Assembly: GCA_964016885.1 (NCBI GenBank) | Contig: OZ024742.1 | Span: 218,054,001-218,118,000 of the forward strand | Length of the DNA stretch: 64,000 bases | Direction of reading: 5' to 3' | DNA from: Eledone cirrhosa | Taxonomy: Eukaryota | In this document: positions 1 through 11,764 of the stretch, piece after piece | Layout of the letters: the number at the start of each line of letters is the position of its first letter | Position numbering within the stretch: the first letter of the stretch is position 1 | Program-made: the position numbers and the translations under genes | The notes under the pieces: generated by a model | What the model saw: only the letters and a program-made list of their open reading frames with translations | What the model was told of the DNA's origin: nothing | The model's database searches: none

Positions 1-71
1 CGTCGAGCAAACTCTACGTGAGCTGATAATCTACTGTGTGTAATATTTATATTACAACACAACGGAAAAAA

Positions 72-105
<34 letters not shown>

Positions 106-163
106 ACAAGATGGCGTAGGACAGAACAAAGGAGTGGCACAAAAACAAAGAAAAGAATCCCCA

Positions 164-206
164 GTCACTGAAGAGGTCACATAATGTGTGACGAAAGAAC
201 TTTGAC
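164..206 (+). ncRNA. Minimal type-I hammerhead ribozyme motif
   Basis: gtca-CTGAAGA-g-gtcaca(taatg)tgtgac-GAAA-gaac-TT-tgac. Stem I gtca/tgac, 6-bp stem II after one extra G, 2-bp stem III, CUU triplet. Lies just after a (TA)n run. Confidence 0.6.
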
Positions 207-289
207 AATATATAAACAACCATCTGGTTGTGGAACCAACCAACCAACCAACCGGAAATTTATAAATTCCTAAATTTATAAATTTATTA

Positions 290-420
290 TAATAAATTGA
301 AGTGAAAGCAACTGGTGCGTGTGTTTCTTATCGGCAACATGACCCTCCCAAAGTATAACAATATCGGTTTCAACACACGTTTTCAGATAAAGAATCTTGC
401 TAAACAAATTCAGAAACAAA
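290..420 (-). repeat. Dispersed repeat abutting (TA)n; second copy at ~14392-14520 on + strand
   Basis: Shared sequence including tatctgaaaacgtgtgttgaaac and gatattgttatactttgggagggtcatg; both translate to LKTCVETDIVILWEGH in the ORF track. Confidence 0.8.
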
Positions 421-437
421 ATATATATATATATGAA

Positions 438-512
<75 letters not shown>

Positions 513-657
513 CCAAATGTTAAACAAGGTTCATTGATTAATCAATGAATATAGTTTTACAATAGATTAAAAGCACTCAACAATTAAGTTTTCTGGAGTT
601 ATTAATATTATTCAAAATATTAATAAATGGATACATTCACATAATCAAAAATATATG

Positions 658-733
658 TTTTATTATATATATTTTATTATATATATTTCGGAGGTACTGT
701 GTTGTTTTTTCAGTACGTCCTCATCAGATAAAA
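658..733 (-). ncRNA. Type-I hammerhead ribozyme (left arm of cassette)
   Basis: Reverse complement reads ttttat-CTGATGA-ggacgtactg...cagtacctcc-GAAA-tatata-TA-ataaaa. Confidence 0.8.
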
Positions 734-852
734 TACATAAATTGATGTATGACATACCTCAACTGTGCTGATGGTTCAATTCCAGTCTTGACTGCCAAGA
801 CTGGAATTGAACCATCAGCACAGTTGAGGTATGTCATACATCAAATTATGTA

Positions 853-927
853 TTTTATCTGATGAGGACGTACTGAAAAAACAGCACAGTACCTCCGAAA
901 TATATATAATAAATATATATAATAAAA
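853..927 (+). ncRNA. Type-I hammerhead ribozyme (right arm of cassette)
   Basis: CTGATGA at 859-865; stem II ggacgtactg/cagtacctcc with G10.1-C11.1; GAAA 897-900; AT-only stem III; AUA triplet; stem I ttttat/ataaaa. Confidence 0.8.
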
Positions 928-971
928 CATATATTTTGATTATGTGGATGTATCCATTTATTAATATTTTG

Positions 972-1097
<126 letters not shown>

Positions 1098-1235
1098 CAG
1101 CGACTGTGTTGATCAATATATCTCTGTTTCCCAACTTACGAACGAGTTCATTGATTTGTTCGTAAATTGGTCGTCTTAACAGTACGTACCAGTAAGCCGA
1201 TAAATGTTACATAAAACTGCAGATTTCCATGATTT

Positions 1236-1303
<68 letters not shown>

Positions 1304-1344
1304 AATATTAACAAATGAAGATATTCACATAATCAAAATATATG

Positions 1345-1406
1345 CTTTATTATATATATTTCGAAGGTACTGTGTTTTTTTTTTAGTACGTCCTCGTCAG
1401 ATAAAA
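1345..1406 (-). ncRNA. Type-I hammerhead ribozyme at Penelope 3' end
   Basis: Reverse complement: ttttat-CTGACGA-ggacgtact...agtaccttc-GAAA-tatata-TA-ataaag. Confidence 0.78.
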
Positions 1407-2590
1407 TATATGATTTGATATATGACATACCCCTACGGTCTTGATATTTCAATTCCTGTATTGGCAGTGATTCATTTAATCAAATCTCAACATTTATATA
1501 CCACAAATAATAATATGAAAACAGAAAGAAGAAAAGGACGTGGAGCGCATTAGAGATATAAGAGAGGGCGTAAAGAGGAGGAAGGCAAGAAAAAAAGAAA
1601 GAAAGAAAAACATAAAAAATAAATAAATACATACATAAATATTTAAATGAATATTTAAATGAATAAAAATAAATAAATGGATGGAGAAAGGAGGAATAAC
1701 GACAAAAGAGAGGGAACATAAAACATATGTGGGGATAGATAGATAAAAACCGTTGTTTTCAAATATTAGGTCAATTGCGGCAACCAATCAATTACCATAA
1801 ACCATTGAATATCTCTTGTATTTGATTATGGTTAAGCTAATTATACTTATATATTATATCAAAATTAATCAATATACATTACTTTTTAAAGCCGTCACAT
1901 AATTGGTTTAATTAAAAATTTATATAATTTAATTTAACTCATTATAGATTATAATTTTTGGTTTAGGTAATATATTCCTTAAGTATTTTGTTACAACTTT
2001 CAAAAAATTTTATCTTTAAAGCAAATTTAAATAATTATTAAACATGCATTTAAAATATATATTAAAATACATGCATATATCACCATCAATATATATAATA
2101 TATTAAGATCATTTTTTAGCCGAATTATTTAATTTAAATAGGATATTCTCTTTATAAAATCATTTCTATTCTTTAATTATCATATAATTACAGGATTAAA
2201 TTGCTGTTATATTTACTCCCAAAAGTTTTATTTCGTTAATTTATATTTACTTCTGTAATTACATATTATAGTTTCCTTTTAAAGATATTCTTATGTTATT
2301 AAACTACATAATTCATGTCAAATATAATTTAGTAAGCTATTCAAACAGAATAAAAATATTTACGAAGAATGTAAACAAAAGGAAGATAACTCATTCACCA
2401 TATGTGAACATTTAACTACTCTGAAATCTAGTGATATTTCTAAACCATAAATCAACAATTGTCAAGTTAAATATTGAACTGTCCTAATCAAAACATAGGA
2501 TACAGAGACTCTTAATGAAATTAATAAAACATCAATAAATTATTACCCCAGTAAGGCAAAAAATTATATATATATTTTTTAAAATTATTA

Positions 2591-3083
2591 TTAATTGTCA
2601 ATATTTTTTCGAAACTTGTACACATCCTGGAATGTTTTACCGAATTTATGTTGGCAGCTGCTGAATAATTCCTTTTTCTTATTAATTAAATTGTCATAAT
2701 TTGTAATTATCAATAGAGTCTCAAGATTGTAAAGATTGCAATTTAGCGAATGGATGCGTTCCGATAGGAATTGGCATTCTTCAACCGAGTCCAAGAGATG
2801 GAATATTTGATATTCTTGTCCTTCAAAGACCATATTAATTGTGAGAGTGAGGTTTAACATTTTTTATCTGGTTTAGAAAAAGAATTTTTATGACTGTACC
2901 AACGAACCTTAAATTTAGATGAAGTGGCACCAATGTAGTTATATATATTATTATTTGTCTTAATGGTACATTTATATAATAGATTCTTGTCGAGGCAGTT
3001 ATTTTGTAAGGGACATTCTGACTTCTTTCTGCAGTTACATTTCTTCTCGATGTTAATTCTATACCATAACCTATTCATATTAT
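2591..3083 (-). pseudogene. GIY-YIG endonuclease domain of Penelope-like element, frameshifted
   Basis: CNCRKKSECPLQNNCL...LLYKC...YIGATSSKFKVRWYSHKNSF, then TSLSQLIWSLKD and CNL...LINKKKELFSSCQH in shifting frames. Confidence 0.88.
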
Positions 3084-3090
3084 TATTATT

Positions 3091-3288
3091 GGTGGATTGG
3101 CAGTATCGGTAGAGGGTCGGACGCCATGCTTTGACGCATAGAGTTACGGCCCTTGCCATTCTGAGTTCAAATCCCGCCGAGGTTAACTTTGCCTTTCATC
3201 CTTACGGGGTCGATAAAATAAAGTACCAGTAATACACTGCGTAATTGCTGGCTTTGTGCCCAAAGTAGAAACAATTATTATTATTATT
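3091..3288 (+). mobile_element. tRNA-derived SINE inserted in (ATT)n of the Penelope ORF
   Basis: A box TGGCAGTATCGG (3098-3109), B box GAGTTCAAATCCC (3163-3175), core cctttcatccttacggggtcgataaaataaagtaccag, (TTA)n tail; further copies elsewhere in the window. Confidence 0.88.
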
Positions 3289-3396
3289 TAAAGGTGTTCT
3301 ACTATTATTCATATTTAAACTATTATTATTGTTATTCCCATTAACTAATGTATTATTATTATTATTGTTATTATTGTTATTATCGCTATTTATATG

Positions 3397-3684
3397 TTAG
3401 TTCAAATTAAGATTTTTACTATTTATTTTTGCTATATTTTGAGCAATATTCATAGTTGTTGAATAAGAGAGTTTCACTGTGTGTCTATTGAAGATAGAGT
3501 AATATTTATGTGATTTAGGGAAGCATTTATCCAAGGCTTTAAAAAATAAGTGTGCTAAAGGTGTTTTAATAGCTAAAAATGCTGGCGGAGTACACCAAAT
3601 TATAGATCTAGTTCTTATTTTTTTCTCCGATTTATTCCTCAAGTTGTTGTTTTTATAGTAAATTTTATTATTATTATTATTATT
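3397..3684 (-). pseudogene. Penelope RT-thumb to endonuclease linker segment
   Basis: RSIIWCTPP...FFKALDKCFPKSHKYYSIFNRHTVKLSYSTTMNI; continues the 8641-9054 ORF across the LINE insertion through the poly-Asn tract. Confidence 0.82.
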
Positions 3685-4140
3685 GAATGCCATGGTTGAC
3701 GGAGGCTCAGCTCTGTAAGGTATAGTAATTTTTAACCGCTATAACAATTGTAAATTGTTTAAAACTTTAACCAAATTGTAGATAAAAACACCCTCCTCCT
3801 CGTGAGAGGGGTCTTTCTGCTCGTTATTTGGCCCTTCGGGGTTAAATAACCGCCTATTGGGGTTTTGTGCCCAATATTCATTTTAACCCCCCCCCCCCCC
3901 CAAAAAAAAAAGGCTACAAAAAAGAATTTTCACAAGTCACTCCCACTCATTCCGTCTTCTTCTTCCTCAATCTCCCCCCCTTCTCTTTCGCAAGCGACGC
4001 CATTAAAGAAAAAGAAAAATATAGTTTCTGAGAGGTTTCAGCAAGAGCACGTGCATACCGTGGAACATTTCTCCACGACGACGACAACGACGAAAAATGT
4101 GTGCGGTAAATACGGAAAGCCATTTCATTCGTCTGACGTC

Positions 4141-4366
4141 ATGAAGAATAGCAGTAGCAGCCGTAATAACAGCAGCAGCAGCAACAGTGACAAGGAAAAC
4201 ACTAGTAGCAGCCGCAACAACATCAGCAGCAGCATAAACAACAACAGCAGCAGCAGCAATAGCAACAACAACAGCAGCAGCAGCAACAACAACAACAGCC
4301 ACAGCAACAGCGGCGGCGGCGGTCGTAGTACCAGCAGCAAAAACAAAAATAACAGCAGCTCTGACG

Positions 4367-4400
<34 letters not shown>

Positions 4401-6003
4401 GAAAGAAACACCAATCTCGTTTGCAGGTATCGCAAAAAACCTGGAAACCATCCTTATAACAAATGAGGAATTACAGGAAGCAAAGAAGATGGTGACGAAA
4501 ACCGGACACCGAGCAATCTGCAAGGCAGCCGAAAATTTTCGAAACCCAACAGCACTGTACGGTCACGTACCGTACAGTAAGCACAAAATCCCGTAGGGTT
4601 GAAAGAGCCACAGAGGCTCAAATACAAAAAGCCTTAGGGTCTGTGTGGCAGCGGAAAACGCATATCACCCGAGGCAAGGAATATGCCACCGTGGACGTGC
4701 TTTTTGCCACACCCCAGGAGGCAAAGGCTCAATCCTTAGTGACCATAAGGAGCGAGGAAATGGTGTTGGTGCCCTCCTACTGCGGGCAAAAAATTGTGAG
4801 GGTCAAACTGCCCCCCAAGAATGGCCCCTTCTTGGCTGGCCGCGTCTGTCTTCGTCGGAATCGAGGACAAAACAACTGTACTGCGAGTACAGAAAAAAGT
4901 ACGAGAAGATTGGGTCGATACCTCCATTGAGATGTTAATCCAAACCAACTAGGAGTGCATCGAAGCTATCCCGGATGTGATAGACTTCTATAACGGCACT
5001 CAACTGCCCATAAGTGTTGAGGGCAAACGCCCGAAATGCTTTCGCTGTGGATCGAAGACTCTGCAATGAGAAGACCCTGGGAAAGGAGAGCCCCCCTCTT
5101 CCGAAACCAGCTCCACTGCTACCAGCAACACGACAGGCGGAAACCAGGAAGGATAGGTCTGTGGCACCCATACCCACGTCACGGAAATCAAGGACAGCAG
5201 CAGCAGTGGAAGTATTAACAACAACAACAGTAATACCAACTGCAGCTGCAACAGAGACTCCACTGCAAACATCACCAACAACAACAAGTGAAAGAGTGGA
5301 GCTGGTACCCCTCCCTGACCTCACAGAATCGGACATGGAGTGTGAGGTGGGCGAGGGATGGCAAAAGGTCGCAAGAAGGCACAAACGTAGAAGCAGCGCA
5401 TCGTCACCTTCAAAAAGGGAGGAAAGAAATGAAAAAGGGTAAAGGCTACTGCAAAGAGACTTACAGCAGAAGCACCACCAACACCATCACCACCCACACT
5501 AGCACCACCTATCACCACCGGCGGCAACCTAACCGCAAACAACAACAACACCTTCAACATCACCACCACAAGCACCAACATCGCAAACACAACAAAACAC
5601 ACCCACCCAGCAACAACGACAAGAAAATAGCAGAACCACACCCCACCCCCAGAAAAACAAATGCATAGCAATAAATACACACAACAAGAAACTAATGACT
5701 TACATAATTGAACACACAGACATTTCACAGCACGACTACATACTACCAGCACCAATCAAAACACCAACGAACATAAGACTGGTAAGAATAGCACAGAAGC
5801 AATACACAAACATTAAAACGAAATCCCCCAACGCAGTTGGTGATTTCAGAGACTTAGGAGGGACACTCAACCGGAGAGTATATTCGGATATACTCACAGA
5901 AGAGCCGACGACCAGCCTAAGGGACGATTCAACGGTCCCTTCACCAGACGATCAAGTGAAAAGGGATGGAGAAACCATCCTTCCTCTACGAGAAGTAAGG
6001 TAA
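4141..6003 (+). pseudogene. ORF1 (gag-like) of the Tx1-type LINE, fragmented
   Basis: Series of + strand ORFs directly upstream of the APE ORF (ISFAGIAK..., HITRGKEYATVDVLF...PSYCGQKIVRVKL, EGWQKV RRHKRR). Assigned by position and composition. Confidence 0.6.
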
Positions 6004-6037
6004 GTGGTCTTTCCCATCTTTTCCACTCCATTCCAAC

Positions 6038-6796
6038 ATGACCTCACTCAGAATAAGCAGCATAAATTCACGTGGCTTGGGGTCGTCATGGAAGCAGGGT
6101 CACCTGCTCAACGACCTCAGGTCACTAAACATAGATGTAGTGGCCATCAGCGAGACCAGAATCTCCGAAGGCGGGCCTTCGCACCGATCTTCGGCGGCTA
6201 CGATGTGTACGCATCTCCCAGCCGTCCTGGATCGGGGGGGAGAAGTTGCTGTGCTTTTTCAGAGAGGTTTGGATCTCTCCATACGGGCCATCTTCCTGGA
6301 CCCAGAAGGTAAGTTGGTGGTGCTGGACGTGACCAGCGGAGACGGGCAAGCTTTCAGGCTAGTGGCCGTCTATGCCCCGACAGGAGCAAGGCGGCCTGAT
6401 TTCTTCCGGCGTCTGGAGACCTTTCTTGGAACGTCCCGCTCTTTAGTGTTAGTGGGCGACTGGAACGGGATCTTAGATGCACGCTGGGACTGTGTGGGAT
6501 TAGCGGATATGGGAGGAGGGTGCAAGAGCCTCACCAACCTGCTCAGGCGTTTTGAACTGTCTGACAGGTACCGATTGGATTTCCCGCATGTGCCAATGTG
6601 GACTTGGACAAACCGCATAGGGTCATCCAGATCATATCTAGATAGGGTATTTTGTAGAGAAATAGATAGGTCTAGTATAGGCTGTCGACAATTCAAGATA
6701 GTCAGTTACACGGACCACAAATTCGTGATCTGTGTGCTTGACTTAGATAGGCTTCATAGACGAGGACCCGGCTACTGGAAGCTAAACGCGTCCTGA
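6038..6796 (+). pseudogene. ORF2 apurinic-like endonuclease domain
   Basis: Motifs SINSRGL, ISET, VYAP, GDWN, YLDRVF, TDH, GPGYWKLN; premature TGA at 6794. Confidence 0.93.
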
Positions 6797-6847
6797 CCAG
6801 CGCGCAAGGCCTACAGAGACCGAATTAGCAAACTAGTTAAGTAGGCG

Positions 6848-8329
6848 TTGACGGGTGCCATCGTCAACAACAAGTGGTGGTTTGCTCTGAAAAGAGCGAT
6901 TAGAATAGAGTCCATTAGGTTTAGTAAGACTTTAACAATAGAGAAAAATAGAGCAGAGGGAGAACTAGTTAGAAAATTACACGAGGCGCTTAGCAAAGGC
7001 ATCGAGACCGACGTTCTTGCGGCGAAATTGGCCCTTGACCAATTCTTCAATGCAAAAACACGAAGGCTGCGTTGTCAGAGCTAGGGTGCGTGCTCTCAGA
7101 CACGAGGGGACGAAAGCCGTTCAATGGGCCCGAGTGGCGGAGGCGCGTCGTGGCAACAAAGCCACGATCCAGTCTTTGGTGGACCACGACGGGCGCATGC
7201 TACTCAATCCCGGGAAAATGTGTGAAGCTTTTCAGCGACACTTCGCTCAGCTGTTCGGGGGCAGCGGCGGGCCGGATCGAGGGATGGAATTTAGTGTCTA
7301 CCTCGACGGACTGCCGCGGCTCTCGGCCACTGAGACGGAGTGTTGCGAAAAGCCGATAACAGGCGCTGAAGTACGGGAGGCAATGACTAGCTGCACAAGG
7401 GGTAAATCACTTGGTTCGGATGGTATGCCCTATGAACTTTACGTACAGATGCCAGACTTGTTCGGAGGCCTCTTGGCGGACGTCTACTGCAACTGGCAAC
7501 AGAACGGGAGAATTCCCAGCTCTGTGAACCGAGGAGTGAGAAAGGATCCCTGAAAGGATCTCTGTGAGCCGCTGCTGAGAAAGGATCCGAACAAGGGGGA
7601 TAACATAGATAATTTCAGGCCCATAACTCTGCTAAACACAGAGTTCAAGATTTTGGCTAAGGTGCTAGCAAAGAGGTTGGCGCTTGTCGTTGGTGGTCTG
7701 GTGGGAGAGGCGCAGACATGCGCCATTCCCGACAGATCCATCCACGACAACCTCCACCTCATGCGATACATCGTAGAGAGGGTAGCTAGGGAACCTGGCA
7801 CGGGTGGGTCCTTGATCAATTTAGATCAGTCGAAAGCTTTCGATAGGGTCGACCATCGTTACCTAGCGGCAGTCCTGAGGGCGGCTGGCTTTGGGCCCGT
7901 CTTCAGAAGCTGGATCGCTGCCATGCACAGCGACATCTGCTCTGTGGTGAGAGTGAACGGTCACCTTTCGGAACCGTTCAACATCATGCGCTCGGTCCGC
8001 CAAGGATGTCCCTTCTCGTCCCTCTTGTACGTATTGACTCTCGAGCCATTACTGCACAAACTGGAGACGTTGAGGGGGTTCCGCGCGAACTAGGATGCGG
8101 AATATCCGTGTCAGCATATGCGGACGATGTCACCGTAGTGGTGTCGAACGCCAAACACATCGAGGCGATCGGCACTACACTAAGAGAATACGAAGCGGTG
8201 ACAGGAGCAATGATCAACCAGGAAAAGAGAGTGGGCCTGCAGCTCGGCACCTGGAGAGGCAGGTCAATGCCGTCCAACAGCGTCGTCGGGCGCTGGACGG
8301 ACGGACCGGTTAAATTGCTAGGGGTCTGG
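6848..8329 (+). pseudogene. ORF2 reverse transcriptase domain (L1/Tx1), frameshifted and C-terminally replaced
   Basis: GKSLGSDGMPYELY, NFRPITLLNTEFKI, LDQSKAFDRVDH, SVRQGCPFS, AYADDV, VKLLGVW. Confidence 0.93.
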
Positions 8330-8621
8330 AAATTAGAAGTAGAAAATAACAATAAAATAGTTAATTTTTTAGATGTAACTCTTAATTTGAACTCAGGCCT
8401 TTATTATCCTTTCCATAAACTCAATGAGAACTTAAATTATGTTAGTTTTTATTCTAATCATCCTAAAAGTGTTAAGAATGCAATAATCAACAGTGTACAA
8501 GAACAAATATCCAGGCTATCTGCTAATAGATCCATATTTAATAGTAAGGCTGTATATTATAATGAAGCGTTACATAAAGCTGGATATAACAATAATATTG
8601 AGTATGTGGAAAAAAATACTG
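8330..8621 (+). repeat. Inverted duplicate of Penelope RT segment 8820-9112 embedded in the LINE
   Basis: KLEVENNNKIVNFLDVTLNLNSGLYYPFHK...EYVEKNT occurs on + here and on - at 8820-9112, with a handful of differences. Confidence 0.92.
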
Positions 8622-8789
8622 TTCTATCATTGTTCTATTGTTATATCCTCTGTTTTTTGTTTTTTTTACACGCAGAAATGCCCTTTTGTACCGTCCAGTA
8701 TTGTCCTGTATTGTCCTTAATGTCTACTTTGTCTAAACCCTTGTGGTTAATAAAGAAAGCAGTATTATTATTATTATTATTATTATTAT

Positions 8790-10199
8790 GAATACTGTGA
8801 TTATAATTAATATTATTTTCAGTATTTTTTTCCACATACTCAATATTATTGTTATATCCAGCTTTATGTAACGCTTCATTATAATATACAGCCTTACTAT
8901 TAAATATGGATCTATTAGCAGATAGCCTGGATATGTGTTGATGCACACTGTTGATTATTGCATTCTTAACACTTTTAGGATGATTAGAATAAAAACTAAC
9001 ATAATTTAACTTCTCATTGAGTTTATGGAAAGGATAATAAAGGCCTGAGTTCAAATTAAGAGTTACATCTAAAAAAATTAACTATTTTATTGTTATTTTC
9101 TACTTCTAATTTCAGGTCGTAATTTTTAAAAAAGTCTATAATTATTTTCTTTACTCTATTTAATTCGCTATTATTACATTTTTCTACAATAAATAATATG
9201 TCGTCTCTATATAAACCACCGGTAATCTTCGGCAGTTTTCTATTTATTATGTTAAGGATGAAAATTCCCACAAGATCGGCAACTTGCGCCGAATCAGACG
9301 AGCCCATAGTAATGTCAAAGTTCTTCTGCCTATCCGATCTAGTCCAAAGATCATTATTAAAATCTATCAATGTTCGCCTTGTTGTTAAAATAATATTTAT
9401 ATCATCACTAGATAGATCCGTGTGTTTATATGCATATGATAGCGCCTTATTTAGTAGGTTAGGAGTTATCGAGGAATAATAACTCGCTATGTCCATTTGA
9501 ATGAACTTATGATTATTCTTATTTTCAATATTATTGAACCAATCTATGACTTCACTAGTACCCTTCCACAGATTTAGCCTTAACCTCAATTTAAGCATTG
9601 GTAAAAATCTACTATGTTTTTACTAATTATTCCGAGATCTGATTCGAAGGTGCAATAAGTCTAACAGGTAAGTCCTCTTCAAAATATCTTTTATGGTCTT
9701 TAAAATTTATCCGCGGTTGCCTTGGTATGAAGGGTTTGGTTTTCCGCTCTATTCCAAGATTGGTGATAATTTCAAATGCATCATTATTAATATCCAATAA
9801 ATCCTCACTTGGAGCCTTTTTGTAATTTTTTTCTCAATTCTTTAAAAATTAAGTCGTTATATTTTGTTCTTTCAATCCCATATAGGTTGTTCGTTTTGTC
9901 TGATTTCACTAATATTTTATTTACTTTCTGTACGTCATTAATTTTTTCTTTTAGACCTCTAAGGTATTCCTGGCCTATATATGTTTTTTTTTTAAATTTT
10001 ATATTCCTTAATATATTTATAATTTCGTTTTCGAAATTAGCCAAGAGTTTGTTGTAAGGAGGATTTTCCTAGATTTAAAAATATGCTCGAAATTGTGGTT
10101 GGTGTTTTTCTTATCCGTTTTCTCTTTATTTTCAAAGTGGAAAGCATGCCACCGTAGTCTTCTTATGTAGGAGTTGGTTTGTCCAATAAGTTTTCTCAT
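8790..10199 (-). pseudogene. Penelope-like reverse transcriptase, frameshifted
   Basis: IRRLRWHAFHF, VKSDKTNNLY, QMDIASYYSSI, FDITMGSSDSAQVADLVG, GLYRDD, YVSFYSNHP. Confidence 0.92.
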
Positions 10200-11545
10200 A
10201 TATTCTTCGTTAGATGAATTATTGATAATTACAAATTATGACAATTTAATTAACAGGAAAAATGAATTATTCAGCAGCTGCCAACATAAATTCGGTAAAA
10301 CATTCCAGGCATTGTACAAGTTTCGAAAAAATATTGACAATTAATACTAATTTAAAAAAAATATATATAATTTTTTTGCCTTACTGGGGTAATAATTTAT
10401 TGATGTTTTATCTATTAGAATAATTTCATTAAGAGTCTCTGTATCCCATGTTTTGATTAGGACAGTTCAATATTTAACATGACAATTGTTGATTTATGGT
10501 TTAGAAATATCACTAGATTTCAGAGTAGTTAAATGTTCACATATGGTGAATGAGTTATCTTCCTTTTGTTTACATTTTTCGTAAATATTTTATTCTGTTT
10601 GAATAGCTTACTAAATTATATTTGACATGAATTATGTAGTTTAATAACATAAGAATATCTTTAAAAGGAAACTATACTAATATGTAATTACAGAAGTAAA
10701 TATAAATTAACGAAATAAAACTTTTGAGAGTAAATATAACAGCAATTTAATCCTGTAATTATATGATAATTAAAGAATAGAAATGATTTTATAAAGAGAA
10801 TATCCTATTTAAATTAAATAATTCGGCTAAAAAATGATCTTAATATATTATATATATTGATGGTGATATATGCATGTATTTTAATATATATTTTAAATGC
10901 ATGTTTAATAATTATTTAAATTTGCTTTAAAGATAACATTTTTTTAAAGTTGTAACAAAATACTTAAGGAATATATTACCTAAACAAAAAATTATAATCT
11001 ATAATGAGTTAAATTAAATTATATAAATTTTTAATTAAACCAATTATGTGACGGCTTTAACAAGTAATGTATATTGATTAATTTTGATATAATATATAAG
11101 TATAATTAGCTTAACCATAATCAAATACAAGAGATATTCAATGGTTTATGGTAATTGATTGGTTGCCGCAATTGACCTAATATTTGAAAACAACGGTTTT
11201 TTCTATCTATCCCCACATATATTTTATGTTCCCTCTTTTTGTCGTTATTCCTCCTTTCTTCTTCCTCTATTCATCCATCCATTTATTTATTTTTATTCAT
11301 TTAAATATTTATGTATGTATTTATTTATTTTTTATGTTTTTCTTTCTTTCTTTCTTTTTTTCTTGCCTTCCTCCTCTTTACGCCCTCTCTTATATCTCTA
11401 ATGCGCTCCATGTCCTTTTCTTCTTTATGTTTATCATATTATTATTTGTGGTATATAAATGTTGAGATTTGATGAAATAAATCATTGCCAATACAGGAAT
11501 TGAAATAGCAAGACCGTAGAGGTATGTCATATATCAAATCATATA

Positions 11546-11607
11546 TTTTATCTGACGAGGACGTACTGAAAAAACAACACAGTACCTTCGAAATATATAT
11601 AATAAAG
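11546..11607 (+). ncRNA. Type-I hammerhead ribozyme in the inverted terminal copy
   Basis: ttttat-CTGACGA-ggacgtactg(aaaaaacaaca)cagtaccttc-GAAA-tatata-TA-ataaag. Confidence 0.8.
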
Positions 11608-11651
11608 CATATATTTTGATTATGTGAATATCTTCATTTGTTAATATTTTG

Positions 11652-11718
<67 letters not shown>

Positions 11719-11720
<2 letters not shown>

Positions 11721-11762
11721 AACAAGTATGACTCCGACGGCAGAGCTCAAGCCGTCTCGACG
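11719..11762 (-). repeat. Single arm of the GGAAC-family cassette
   Basis: ggaacaagtatgactccgacggcagagctcaagccgt matches the starts at 45175, 45941, 47885 and 53683. Confidence 0.8.
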
Positions 11763-11764
11763 TA

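Larger units (their letters stand above)
3685..8789 (+). mobile_element. L1/Tx1-type non-LTR retrotransposon, near full length, inactivated, inserted in (TTA)n
   Basis: 5' UTR, broken ORF1 (~4100-6003), ORF2 with APE and RT, T-rich 3' UTR with AATAAA at 8749-8754, and (TTA)n on both sides. The Penelope reading frame rejoins if it is removed. Confidence 0.88.
1299..11653 (-). mobile_element. Penelope-like retroelement (C-terminal GIY-YIG type), disrupted, with inverted 3'-end copy at its 5' side
   Basis: RT pieces at 8790-10200, linker 3290-3684, endonuclease 2591-3083, long AT-rich 3' UTR ending in a hammerhead. 1299-2714 is repeated inverted at 10221-11653. Both ends abut (TA)n. Confidence 0.9.

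Noticed and set aside
354-390. Hammerhead-like tat-CTGAAAA-cgtgtgtt-GAAA...GTT-ata (also at ~14421)
   Set aside because: Both copies lack the essential G8 and have poor stems II and III; kept only as a repeat.
3091-3180. tRNA gene
   Set aside because: The A/B boxes belong to a SINE head; no cloverleaf, and the SINE core and tail follow.
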